64,000 nt of DNA from Candidatus Aminicenantes bacterium (GCA_963702005.1 OY969696.1:64001-128000); one strand, 5' to 3'; counted from the first letter of the stretch, positions 30,990 to 40,114 are shown. Notes: generated by a model from the letters alone, not told the origin. Numbers and translations: made by a program.

Positions 30990-30998
30990 GCCGACGCC

Positions 30999-31244
30999 TC
31001 ATCGTTTCGGCGCTATCCTGTCCAGGAAGCCGACGAGCGCGGGCGCGATGACCGCCGCGCCAATGAGCGCGAACATGAGAAACATCGTCCTGTCTACGCC
31101 GCCATAGCGCGCTAGCGAGATGCCGAAGGCGAGCCCTACGCCCGCTCCTGCAGCGAGCGCGAAGAGCGTACGAAAGTTGCGAGTCGCCCACCTCGCCAGC
31201 CTGACCAGCAGTGCGAGCGCAATCTCGACCATGGCATAAATCAT
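30999..31244 (-). CDS. Small membrane protein
   Basis: Two to three hydrophobic segments; ATGA coupling. Confidence 0.55.
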   Translation of the reverse strand: MIYAMVEIALALLVRLARWATRNFRTLFALAAGAGVGLAFGISLARYGGVDRTMFLMFALIGAAVIAPALVGFLDRIAPKR

Positions 31245-31618
31245 TTCTGCCTCCCGAGCGCGGTCCGTATCACGCCTCCGAGCCCGCAGGCCCGGCAAAT
31301 CCTAACGCCCTGCTTCAGCAGGCTTTCCCTGGAGCAGGCGGGGCAGCACACCCGCCTGCAGGCATTGCAGAGAAATTTCCCTTCCTTTGCACAGGCGTCG
31401 CAAATGGTGAAGGAGCCGCACACGCTGCAGAGCGCGCCCGTCTCGCCCGCGTGGCCGCAGGAGTTCACTCCCTTCTCGACCTTCGTCGTCCTGTGTATCG
31501 TCCCTTCCGCGTCCACGGCCTCAACGTATAGAATCTTCTTCGACGCGCCCGTGCGCGAGACGCGCCTGCCAAGCCGTTCTATCGTCGTTTTGATTTCTGT
31601 TGGACTTATGCCCCGCAT
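31241..31618 (-). CDS. Cys-rich zinc-finger protein
   Basis: CSVC, CDAC, CNAC, CCPAC, CRAC; AAGGAG RBS. Confidence 0.6.
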   Translation of the reverse strand: MRGISPTEIKTTIERLGRRVSRTGASKKILYVEAVDAEGTIHRTTKVEKGVNSCGHAGETGALCSVCGSFTICDACAKEGKFLCNACRRVCCPACSRESLLKQGVRICRACGLGGVIRTALGRQK

Positions 31619-31793
31619 TCCCTTCTCCTTTATCCTTCTTTATCTTTTCGGAAGCACATCGCATATGTAGTGCAGGACCAGGACCATGACGAAGATCCCT
31701 CCGGCAAGGATTAAGTAAAACCAGAGCACTGCGAGCGCCTCAAACCAGTCCCTTCCTCGCCTCCGCCACCACCTTCCTATGCCGGCCGCCGCA

Positions 31794-32057
31794 CTAGCGG
31801 CCGGCGCTGCGAAAAAAGTAAGCCCCGACAGCGAGCCACATCAAGCAATCCACGATGCCGCCGTGGGGCTTGAGCGAGCGAGCGGCGACGATGCAAATTC
31901 CGAGCGCGAAAGCGAGCCTCAGCGCCACCCTGAGCATGCGCATCATGGCTTCTGCAAGCCTATCAAGCGAGAAGGCCCGGAAGTCCGGTCTTCTCTTCGG
32001 CTTCCAGCGTGCGTCCAGCTCGACGTCTTCCCTTATGAAATCCGAGCGCATCACCAT
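31794..32057 (-). CDS. Small membrane protein
   Basis: Two hydrophobic segments; co-oriented in the operon. Confidence 0.45.
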   Translation of the reverse strand: MVMRSDFIREDVELDARWKPKRRPDFRAFSLDRLAEAMMRMLRVALRLAFALGICIVAARSLKPHGGIVDCLMWLAVGAYFFRSAGR

Positions 32058-32665
32058 CTGCCGACCTCCAGCAGCCAGCGGCCCACGGAAACCGCAAGGA
32101 TGGGGTCTGGATTTATCGTCCGCGGAGCCTGGATGACCTGGGGCTCTCCGACGAAGCTGCCGTGCCAGGTAAAGCCGGCGTCGAGGAGCGCGCGCGCCAT
32201 TTTCAGAATCCTTGCCGGAATCGGCCTGTCATACTCCTCGACGCTCTGGAACCTCCATCTGACGTTGAGGCCGCGGAGCGGCACTCCGCGGATCTCGAAC
32301 CTGCTGCCCGGCTCCTTGCTGAGCTTTGCAAGAGGCCGGAGACTAAGGCCCGCCCTGTTAGCAACGACGATGGCCTTGTTCGTGAGGTCGAAGAAAAACC
32401 TGTCCTCCACTTCCAGGATGTGGTGCTTCACCTGGTTGCGGAATCCGAGCTCGTGCGCCGCCCTTGCGCCTTCGAGCGCCTCCCTGACGCCCTCCCTTTC
32501 TTTCTTGATGAGCCAGCGGTATTCGGTCATTTCCTTGAGGCTCCGGGCCAGCCTCTCCCTTCTAGCCGGCTCCAGGACGCAGGACGAGAAGGCCTGAATG
32601 GCCTCCTCGTTCCCGTTCGCCCTGTCCGCCAATACGTCGCTTTGCCGAAATTCACGTTCGTCCAA
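32051..32665 (-). CDS. Hypothetical protein
   Basis: 204 aa, AGGAGG RBS, TTG start. Confidence 0.55.
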   Translation of the reverse strand: MDEREFRQSDVLADRANGNEEAIQAFSSCVLEPARRERLARSLKEMTEYRWLIKKEREGVREALEGARAAHELGFRNQVKHHILEVEDRFFFDLTNKAIVVANRAGLSLRPLAKLSKEPGSRFEIRGVPLRGLNVRWRFQSVEEYDRPIPARILKMARALLDAGFTWHGSFVGEPQVIQAPRTINPDPILAVSVGRWLLEVGRW

Positions 32666-32716
32666 GAGGTCCTCCTTTTTTTCTTATTAATTCCGGGAGC
32701 TTCGCTCCCGGCATCG

Positions 32717-32935
32717 TCACGCCGCTTTTAGTGCCTTATCTCCATGTTCCCGCGCTTCTGAGTCGTTCTCTGCCTTCTCCTCCTTGACCTGACGTGCGTC
32801 CCCCGACTTCTGCCCGTTCCCTTTGCCGGGATCGCGGCGAGAGTCGCTTGGACTCTCCCCTGTCTTCTTCGGCCATGAAGGCTCGAAGATGGCTAACATC
32901 CTGAAATAGCTTTCGAGAAAGACGTGGTTACTCAT
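32717..32935 (-). CDS. Hypothetical protein
   Basis: AAGGAGGT RBS; followed by hairpin CCGGGAGC-TTC-GCTCCCGG. Confidence 0.5.
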   Translation of the reverse strand: MSNHVFLESYFRMLAIFEPSWPKKTGESPSDSRRDPGKGNGQKSGDARQVKEEKAENDSEAREHGDKALKAA

Positions 32936-32981
32936 CGTAACCTCCTTCTGCGAAGGGCTATAGCCCTCGCATTATTAAGTC

Positions 32982-33179
32982 CTATTCTGCGGTCCGTTCC
33001 CCAGTTCGGACGCCTGAAGCACTTAAGGGCTCTTTTGGCTTTACCTGAGGGAATTCCCAAATATCCTCGTGCCAGTGGAGATTGTTCTTGAGTAAAACAG
33101 GGTGTGAGGGTTCGCCTTTCAGGAGACCTCTTACAATCGGGCCGAGGACATGCTTTTTATTCCTGTTTGAGACGAACAT
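32982..33179 (-). CDS. Hypothetical protein, first gene of the leftward operon
   Basis: AAAGGAGGT RBS directly downstream of the leftward promoter. Confidence 0.5.
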   Translation of the reverse strand: MFVSNRNKKHVLGPIVRGLLKGEPSHPVLLKNNLHWHEDIWEFPQVKPKEPLSASGVRTGERTAE

Positions 33180-33195
33180 GCCGACCTCCTTTCAA

Positions 33196-33298
33196 TGATG
33201 CCAATGTCTATACCTTTTGTATAATAGACATCATTGCTGCCAATGTCAAGACCTAATAGCTGCTTGACAACATCGCACTATTTTGATAGATTTAATTC
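33196..33298. promoter_or_regulatory. Back-to-back sigma70 promoters with repeated operator-like motif
   Basis: Leftward TTGACA(33249-33244)-N17-TATTAT; rightward TTGACA(33264)-N17-TAGATT; direct repeat TG(A/C)TGCCAATGTC at 33196 and 33235. Confidence 0.72.
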
Positions 33299-33760
33299 AT
33301 GAAAAAATTCGGAGAGCTTCTAAAAGGATTTCGAGAAAGAGCCGGTCTATCTCAGTACGAGTTATCCGACCTGGTTAAAATCCACCCTTCCCATATAAGC
33401 AGGCTTGAAAGAGGGGAAAGGAAGCCGAGACTGAAGAACGTGATACGCTTCATCAATGCGCTTTGCCTTAACGAAGAAGACGGAAACAAGCTTCTTCAAG
33501 CGGCAGGCTATTCTTCGAAAATTAACAAACCCCTCGTTTTTCATTCGCCTTTAGCCTTATACAATTTTGATCCGGACATCGCGGATTTCGATGCGACGAA
33601 AATTAACAATCCGGCAATCAAAGCCGTTTATGAGGCGCTGTCCGATCCGGAGTTATCCACAGAAGCAAAAAAAGAAATTGCGGTATCAGTGAAATCTTTA
33701 GCAGATTGGCTTAGAGATAAGATGAAGAAAGAATATCTTTCCCAAGCGAAAAAGCATTGA
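33299..33760 (+). CDS. XRE-family HTH transcriptional repressor
   Basis: FGELLKGFRERAGLSQYELS...SHISRLERGERKP. Confidence 0.9.
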   Translation: MKKFGELLKGFRERAGLSQYELSDLVKIHPSHISRLERGERKPRLKNVIRFINALCLNEEDGNKLLQAAGYSSKINKPLVFHSPLALYNFDPDIADFDATKINNPAIKAVYEALSDPELSTEAKKEIAVSVKSLADWLRDKMKKEYLSQAKKH

Positions 33761-35022
33761 ACGATTCGTTTCCTGATTTCCTATCGCTCAGTCACGCCTC
33801 ATATATAAGTAAAAGCCAAGAGTCGACAGGATATTTTAGCCCTCCTTACTTCGCCTTTATTCCTCATAAACTCAAGTCCTTCGATTCATACGAGCTAAAC
33901 TGGGCCTACAGTTTCTGGCATGAATTCTGGCACATGCGGAACAAGCAATGGTGCTATTTGGGCTCTTACGAGCTGATCCTCAACTATATTGCCGAAGATC
34001 TTTTGCTTTATGCCGCCAGCTCATCAATTTCTGATAAGACTTCGTTACAAAATAATCGTCATTTGAAGAAAGCTCTTGACATCGTAGAAAAGCTCTATCT
34101 GCTTCATCAGGTTTCTACCGTAGCAAATGAATTATCCCCTACCTATTACTTGCTAAACGAACGAACCCAATCGATTGTCTCATCTTCCCTGCAGGAATAT
34201 ATCTTGTCCACTTATTTCCCAAAGAAGAAATTTACTTCCCAACATGTCGCGGAGTATGTCCAAAAACACGGGGAGATCTTGCTTCGCAAACTTGAGAATG
34301 AGCCAGCTACCATAAGAAGGCCCGAGCATATCGAAGCATTCGTTTTAGGGACCTCGATAATTAATAAATGGCGTGATGTCTCTTACATTGACTCGATTCC
34401 TCTCCTGAGCATGCATATCAATATCTCTTATCTCGATCTATTCGAAAAAAATTTTAAATCACTGAGAAATCTAATCAAAAGCCTCCCCTTGCTGCTCAAT
34501 CCCGATTACCGTTTAAAAAAGATGGTTAAAGAAGGCGCCTTGCTCGTTTCTAGGAACAGGGAAAAGAACGATGCTCTATTTGTCTCAAACCTGCTCAGAA
34601 TGGCAACTCACAAAGACCTGCCGGCCAGCCTCAGAAAGAACAGAGCGGACATTAAAAGCCGATTGGACGAGGTCGTCAAGAGTGAAAGGACCGAGCGTCC
34701 TTCTCCGCGCAGAAAAATAAGTCAGCCAATCTTGATGTTCCCCACCGAAGCCGGAGATCTCTTCATTACTGAACCGGTCTACAAAAGAACCAACAAGATG
34801 GAAATCGTTCAAAGGATGCTTTCCATTTGCTATGCATCCGAATTGCTGTTAAGGTTATCGAGTTATTTCAGATACTCAAATGATATGCTTAGGGCCATCC
34901 GCTTCTCGCTAGCTTTTTTGAAGCAGAAGGTTAAAACCCCTTCCCTAATTTACGAACACATAGAACAAATATTGAAAAACAGCTTTGACAAGAAGATTAT
35001 CAATAGAATTATCCCTGAATAA
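33757..35022 (+). CDS. Hypothetical protein with N-terminal HExxH motif
   Basis: FWHEFWH; TTGA overlap with the XRE gene. Confidence 0.6.
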   Translation: MNDSFPDFLSLSHASYISKSQESTGYFSPPYFAFIPHKLKSFDSYELNWAYSFWHEFWHMRNKQWCYLGSYELILNYIAEDLLLYAASSSISDKTSLQNNRHLKKALDIVEKLYLLHQVSTVANELSPTYYLLNERTQSIVSSSLQEYILSTYFPKKKFTSQHVAEYVQKHGEILLRKLENEPATIRRPEHIEAFVLGTSIINKWRDVSYIDSIPLLSMHINISYLDLFEKNFKSLRNLIKSLPLLLNPDYRLKKMVKEGALLVSRNREKNDALFVSNLLRMATHKDLPASLRKNRADIKSRLDEVVKSERTERPSPRRKISQPILMFPTEAGDLFITEPVYKRTNKMEIVQRMLSICYASELLLRLSSYFRYSNDMLRAIRFSLAFLKQKVKTPSLIYEHIEQILKNSFDKKIINRIIPE

Positions 35023-35383
35023 TTTTAATTGTTTCCTTTCCAAATACCATGTCCGGAAATCTTAGAAATGATTCTGCCCATACGACTGATTCTTCGTACA
35101 TTCTTGCCAGCTTCGCACGTTTTTTAAAAGACAGCATACCTGGGCTGCTTCCATAGGTTAAGATGATATAAGTTCCGCCCCTGTGATGAACCGCTTCATT
35201 TGCCAATCTTGCATATTTCTTTCCGCATTTTCCCAGTTCTTTAAGAGCGCCCAAGTGTTCCGCTGCCGAATACAAATCTTTTTTCCATCTTTTCAAATAA
35301 TGCGTGCTTCGCACAAATTTATCTAAGTACTCAGGCTCCATCTCAGAAGATGCCAGAATTTTATACCCTATTTTCGACATCAC
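35009..35383 (-). CDS. Hypothetical protein (possibly a fragment)
   Basis: 124-codon AT-rich ORF, no motif recognised. Confidence 0.4.
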   Translation of the reverse strand: MMSKIGYKILASSEMEPEYLDKFVRSTHYLKRWKKDLYSAAEHLGALKELGKCGKKYARLANEAVHHRGGTYIILTYGSSPGMLSFKKRAKLARMYEESVVWAESFLRFPDMVFGKETIKIIQG

Positions 35384-35616
35384 ACCCAGATAATACTTTT
35401 TTCTGATAGTCCCACATCATGTTTTTGTTCCTTGGTTTTATATCTACCCTATCTGCATCCCCTCCCCCTCCCATTAAATGAGAATTCCTCCCGCGTTTCA
35501 GCGTCTTTCCTCATGAGGCCTCGGATCCGCGCAAGCGTCTTTTTCAGCAAAGCCGGGACGCCGGGATCTTCCCGGCCCCGGCCGGGCCTCTTTCCATCTA
35601 TTCGGCGGACAGGATA

Positions 35617-35844
35617 TTATCTCAGGCTTCCTCCGATGCAATAAGCACAATTGTCGTAGCCTTCGGCATGGGCTTGGGCCAGGGTGTCCGGAGAGAACGT
35701 CCTGGCGTTGCCAGCGCGGATTATTTCATCAATCTGGCACCCTGAAGGGCTCTTATCCTCGCTGTCCAGGTCATGGACTTCATTCTTGCTCTTGTTGCCG
35801 CAAAACCTATTGCCATAAAGTGGATAGCCGAATCATCTCGACAT
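35617..35844 (-). pseudogene. Small metal-binding protein (H..C..CxxC) with an in-frame TGA at codon 4
   Basis: GGGAGG RBS then ATG TCG AGA TGA; frame continues FGYPLYGNRFCGNKSKNEVHDLDSE...CQIDEII...GYDNCAYCIGGSLR*. Confidence 0.65.
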
Positions 35845-36090
35845 GACTCAACCTCCCTTTTTTTATATGGTCTAGAAATGTATTGTTATTTAATGAGACA
35901 TTATCTTTTATATTAGGATTAACACCTAAAATTGGCTTATCCTTCTTTTTCTTCTTTTCATCTAAAAAGGCAATTTTTGCCAAGACAATTGATACTGATC
36001 TCTAATCTAATAACATATGAAAGGGAGGCATTAGGATCAAGGATGGGATAATATCCAACAAAATGTTAGTTTATGAAGGGGAGGTCTAAA

Positions 36091-36309
36091 ATGACGCGTG
36101 CGAAAATTGATTTAGTCAAAAGGAAACTCGAAGCTTCGGGAATTGCATCCATGGCCTCACGCGACGTCATAGATGCAAGTAATACAAATAAGGCGGCCAA
36201 TGCATGTCAGCCGGCTTGTGAGGCCTCGTGCCCACAAAATTGCTCGTCAACATGTAATACATGTAGCCCAAGCTGCACAACATGCCAGACTGGTGGATCT
36301 AAAAAGTAA
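36091..36309 (+). CDS. Cys-rich RiPP precursor candidate A (degenerate Tat-like leader)
   Basis: GGGGAGGT RBS; core CQPACEASCPQNCSSTCNTCSPSCTTCQTGGSKK with 8 Cys; upstream of radical SAM/SPASM gene. Confidence 0.82.
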   Translation: MTRAKIDLVKRKLEASGIASMASRDVIDASNTNKAANACQPACEASCPQNCSSTCNTCSPSCTTCQTGGSKK

Positions 36310-36340
36310 TCTTTAATGATTTAGTTGAAAAGAGGTCAAC

Positions 36341-36565
36341 ATGACCAATGAAAAGATCGATTTAGTACGAAGGAAATTATTAAAGTCAGGGCTTGCCGCG
36401 ATAGCCTCGGGCGGCCTTGTCGGCGCTGCTATCCTTGCCACCCCACATAAAGCTTCGGCGAATTGTCCGAGCGTTTGCTCAACTTCGTGTCCCGGAGATT
36501 GCTCGGTAACGTGTAATACATGTAGCCAAGGTTGCTCAACATGCCAGACTGGATCTAGCAAATAA
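36341..36565 (+). CDS. Cys-rich RiPP precursor candidate B with twin-arginine-like signal peptide
   Basis: VRRKLLK, hydrophobic SGLAAIASGGLVGAAILA, ASA site; core NCPSVCSTSCPGDCSVTCNTCSQGCSTCQTGSSK with 8 Cys in the same spacing as A. Confidence 0.85.
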   Translation: MTNEKIDLVRRKLLKSGLAAIASGGLVGAAILATPHKASANCPSVCSTSCPGDCSVTCNTCSQGCSTCQTGSSK

Positions 36566-36796
36566 GCCTGGTCAGCGTAATTTAATATTTCAATGGCAGC
36601 TTAATGATATTTCTGCTTTGAATTAGCCAAATTAGGAATAAGCAGTGGGTTGCTATATTTAAAGGAAGAATGAGGTTTATTTATTGATCTTTTTTTTAAA
36701 ATTAGCGATGGATATTTGGGAACAACAACTATATTTAGGCAACAGTTATTATTTAATGCTCAATTTGAAAATATATGATAAAAAAAGGAGGATGGC

Positions 36797-38230
36797 GTGC
36801 TAAATCAAGATAAAATATACCTTATAAATCCAAATTATGGAATAAGGAATGAAAAGACCAAAATATTAATATATGAGCAGGATCCAACAGATGGCGAAAT
36901 AGTAAAGTACAATTGTTTTAATCCAATTTATGGAATTTTTCTATCATTATTTGATGGGAAGAATACGTTCAAGGAAATTATCCAATTATACAGTCATTTA
37001 ATCGGCTCAAACTCATCCTTTGAAGATAATGCAAAGGGAATTGATAATTATATAAATCTACTTGAATCGAATTTTGGTCCAGAGTTGTTCCTGGATAAAA
37101 ATCAAATAGAATTAACAAATGTTCCAGAATACGATCCAATAAACTTTATCATTGACAAAAACGATATAGACCTATCCAATTCTCGTTTATCGGCGCCACT
37201 GAGTCTGAACTATGACGTGACGTTCAAATGCCCAAGAAATTGTATTTATTGTTATGCCGAGAATAATTATGCTCCGAGGATGACATTGCTCCCTCTTGAA
37301 CGAGTCAAAGAAATTATTGATGAAGCGAAAAATATTGGAGTAAAATATATTATTCTTGGGGGTGGAGATCCCTTCTCAAGGAAAGAATTTATTAAATTAT
37401 TGTCTTTAATCATAGAGAATGAAATAAAATATTTCGTATCAACAAAATCGTATTTATCTGAATACGTGTGCAAAGAATTACAAAAAATAGGGATGTTAAG
37501 AATTCAGGTAAGCATTGATTCAGCAAATGAAAAAACAGCTGATTTAATGACAGGCAGCAAAGGCTATTTTAAGCAGATAATCAGCTCTATAAAGAACCTG
37601 CAAAATAGTGGAATTGCTGTCAGATGCAAGGCAATAGTAACATCGCTAAATTTCAGAGAGATACCAAACCTCCTTTCATTCCTAGACACGCTAGGAATAA
37701 GGACGATTCAAGTGACTGGATATGGCATGTCAATGTATAGGCATTCTGAAAGCTTATTTATTACGAAGGAAGGTGAAAGATGGCTTTCAGAACGAGTAAA
37801 TGAGTTCAAGGACTTACATCCACATATAAAGATTATTTATGGAGGATTCGGATCAGAGTATCTGACCAAAGAAGATAAAGAGAGGGCCTGGAAAGGAAGA
37901 GCAAAATGTAGTGCTGGCAGAAGCGCATTGAATATTATTCCCAATGGCAAAGTTTCTTTTTGCGAACAGCTCCCCTCCACACCTGATTTTATCTTCGGTG
38001 ACCTAGCAAAACAATCGATCTTTGAAGCATGGAATTCTGACCAGCTAAAAGAATTACTGCTCCCAGATAAAAATAATTTTAAGGGAACTCCGTGTTTTGA
38101 TTGTGAAGAATTTATTGAATGCAATTCAGGCATGGGGAGATGCATAAGAGATTCTTTCAACATATTTAGATCAAAATATGCGCCGGATCCAAAATGTCCC
38201 AGAGTTATACAACCCGTTAAGATGTCATAA
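36797..38230 (+). CDS. Radical SAM/SPASM peptide maturase candidate
   Basis: CPRNCIYC, GGGDP, QVSIDS; SPASM CSAG..NG.V..C...CFDC....C...RC...C; ~130 aa N-terminal RRE/PqqD-like extension. Confidence 0.92.
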   Translation: MLNQDKIYLINPNYGIRNEKTKILIYEQDPTDGEIVKYNCFNPIYGIFLSLFDGKNTFKEIIQLYSHLIGSNSSFEDNAKGIDNYINLLESNFGPELFLDKNQIELTNVPEYDPINFIIDKNDIDLSNSRLSAPLSLNYDVTFKCPRNCIYCYAENNYAPRMTLLPLERVKEIIDEAKNIGVKYIILGGGDPFSRKEFIKLLSLIIENEIKYFVSTKSYLSEYVCKELQKIGMLRIQVSIDSANEKTADLMTGSKGYFKQIISSIKNLQNSGIAVRCKAIVTSLNFREIPNLLSFLDTLGIRTIQVTGYGMSMYRHSESLFITKEGERWLSERVNEFKDLHPHIKIIYGGFGSEYLTKEDKERAWKGRAKCSAGRSALNIIPNGKVSFCEQLPSTPDFIFGDLAKQSIFEAWNSDQLKELLLPDKNNFKGTPCFDCEEFIECNSGMGRCIRDSFNIFRSKYAPDPKCPRVIQPVKMS

Positions 38231-38290
38231 TTTGATAATTAAATCAAATTTATTTTATTGCTCTACGTTTTTTCCTGAAGGAGGATTTGG

Positions 38291-39445
38291 ATGCACAAGA
38301 AGATTCTGTTTATAGGATTAACTATAATTATCTCTACGTCATGTCTAGCTAACGATAGTAGACATTTCATTTTAGGCAAAGAACAGGGAGAGGGCAATTT
38401 AATATATCCATGGCATATTCAAGAGGGACCCGATGGAAACATATATGTTATGGACCAAGGTGATGCATATATAAAAGTATATTCTCCTGAAGGAAATTAT
38501 TTAAAGAGAATTGGAGGAAAAGGCCAAGGGCCAGGAGAATTTCAAAGAGCAGATGGCGCCAATTTTGGTTTTACACTGGGAGGCAAATTATATTTTACTG
38601 AATTCTTCGGAGGGCATAAGTGGATTACTTTGATCGATTTATCGGCGCGGCTAGATAAAGTTATTCATCCGGACATTGAACAAGCGTACGGTATTAACAA
38701 TTCTTTTTCTCTCGAAGATGGCGGATTTATTATCGAGGCCTGGTATAGTTCGATTCCAGAAATAAAAAGGGATTACTTTTTATACCATTATCCTCAATCT
38801 CTTTTAAGAATCGATTCAACCGGGAAGATCATTTCTGAAATAGTAAAGGCAAACTATTTTAAAACAATTTCCGCTTCAAGTAGCGGAGCGGATCAATGGC
38901 TTCCATATGTTCCAGCCTTCGCATGGACACCATATGATAAAGAATTAATACTCTTCTCGGATGGGCTTAATAATAAACTTAAGGTCTTTACTTACTCAGG
39001 ATCGTTTATTAATGAAATTAGGACTGAGCTTCCTGAACCAGAACCAGTTAAAGATAGTGATCTAAATGAGTGGAGAAGAACTAGGAGGGAAGCTATAAGA
39101 GATAGTTCGTGGTTTAATACGTTTGGAAAAGTGATTAATCAATATAAAAATTCCCTTTATGATAAGAAGCCAATTTTAGACAATATTTTTTCAACCCCTG
39201 ATGAGAATATCCTTATTGAAAGGTCGGTAAAAGAGGAGGGAACAAAAGAATTCTGGTTAATCGATAGAAATGGCAAAACAATCATTAAGACAGATATAGC
39301 TACTGAAAGATTAAGGATAGCTAAGCATTTCATATTCTTCATAGTAAAGGATGAAGAAGAAAATATTTTTGTTATTTGTTTGAAAAGAGTCGGGAATGAA
39401 AGCGAAGATCTTTTTACGGCACATAATATAAAAATATCGGAATAG
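38291..39445 (+). CDS. Secreted 6-bladed (NHL/TolB-like) beta-propeller protein
   Basis: Signal peptide; GNIYVMDQG..IKVYSPEG.Y..RIGGKGQGPGEF. Confidence 0.85.
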   Translation: MHKKILFIGLTIIISTSCLANDSRHFILGKEQGEGNLIYPWHIQEGPDGNIYVMDQGDAYIKVYSPEGNYLKRIGGKGQGPGEFQRADGANFGFTLGGKLYFTEFFGGHKWITLIDLSARLDKVIHPDIEQAYGINNSFSLEDGGFIIEAWYSSIPEIKRDYFLYHYPQSLLRIDSTGKIISEIVKANYFKTISASSSGADQWLPYVPAFAWTPYDKELILFSDGLNNKLKVFTYSGSFINEIRTELPEPEPVKDSDLNEWRRTRREAIRDSSWFNTFGKVINQYKNSLYDKKPILDNIFSTPDENILIERSVKEEGTKEFWLIDRNGKTIIKTDIATERLRIAKHFIFFIVKDEEENIFVICLKRVGNESEDLFTAHNIKISE

Positions 39446-39655
39446 TTGCCAATTTTCCCATTTATTCCCTGACTATTTGCGATTAATGGCCAGGCGAAAG
39501 ATTTCAATTTATCACTTCCAAAGATTAATAGTATCGATAAACATAATAGGCTAAATTGCAATTCATATTTCCAGATCATTGATTCATTTCCATGGAAATT
39601 CGAAGCCGATATGTTCAGGCTATTTTCTAAAAAGGGGACTTTTGAATATATTGCA

Positions 39656-40114
39656 TCATTCCATTTTCAACTTACAAAGAATTGTTATATGCGTTCCTAG
39701 CGCTTTATTTATTTTCCTCAATTTGCTCTCGATAAGATAAATATAATCATTTTTCTTAATCTTACACTTACGAAGATTAAATTGACAGTTTTTTAAATCC
39801 ACCGGGGAACAGACAAAATATTTCTTAAATTGCTTAATAAAATTCGAATAGTCGCCAAATCCCGATTCAAAGCATATTTCTGTCGTCGTTGTTTTAATAT
39901 TTGATCTCATTAAGCGTTTTGCTTCATATAATCGTCTTAAAATTACATATTTCTTAATTGTCAAACCAGTCTCTCTATGAAATACTCTCATTAAGTAATA
40001 TTTACTCAGATTGCATGCCTCAGATATTTCATTAAGAGAAATATCTGAATTAAATTCCTCGTTAATAAAAGATAGAGCATCGCGCACTCTTTGTGAAAAG
40101 ATACAATCTTTCAT
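39656..40114 (-). CDS. Stand-alone AraC-family HTH regulator
   Basis: ISLNEISEACNLSKYYLMRVFH.ETG, EICFESGFGDYSNF.KQFKK. Confidence 0.85.
   Translation of the reverse strand: MKDCIFSQRVRDALSFINEEFNSDISLNEISEACNLSKYYLMRVFHRETGLTIKKYVILRRLYEAKRLMRSNIKTTTTEICFESGFGDYSNFIKQFKKYFVCSPVDLKNCQFNLRKCKIKKNDYIYLIESKLRKINKALGTHITILCKLKME

Noticed and set aside
31640-31793. Hydrophobic frame after 31794..32057 that a frameshift at the T6 run could join
   Set aside because: No start or RBS and no independent support
25488-33760. Tailed prophage
   Set aside because: No terminase, portal, capsid, tail or lysis genes recognised
36313-36561. Minus-strand ORF with H/Q periodicity
   Set aside because: Antisense shadow of the Cys codons of precursor B
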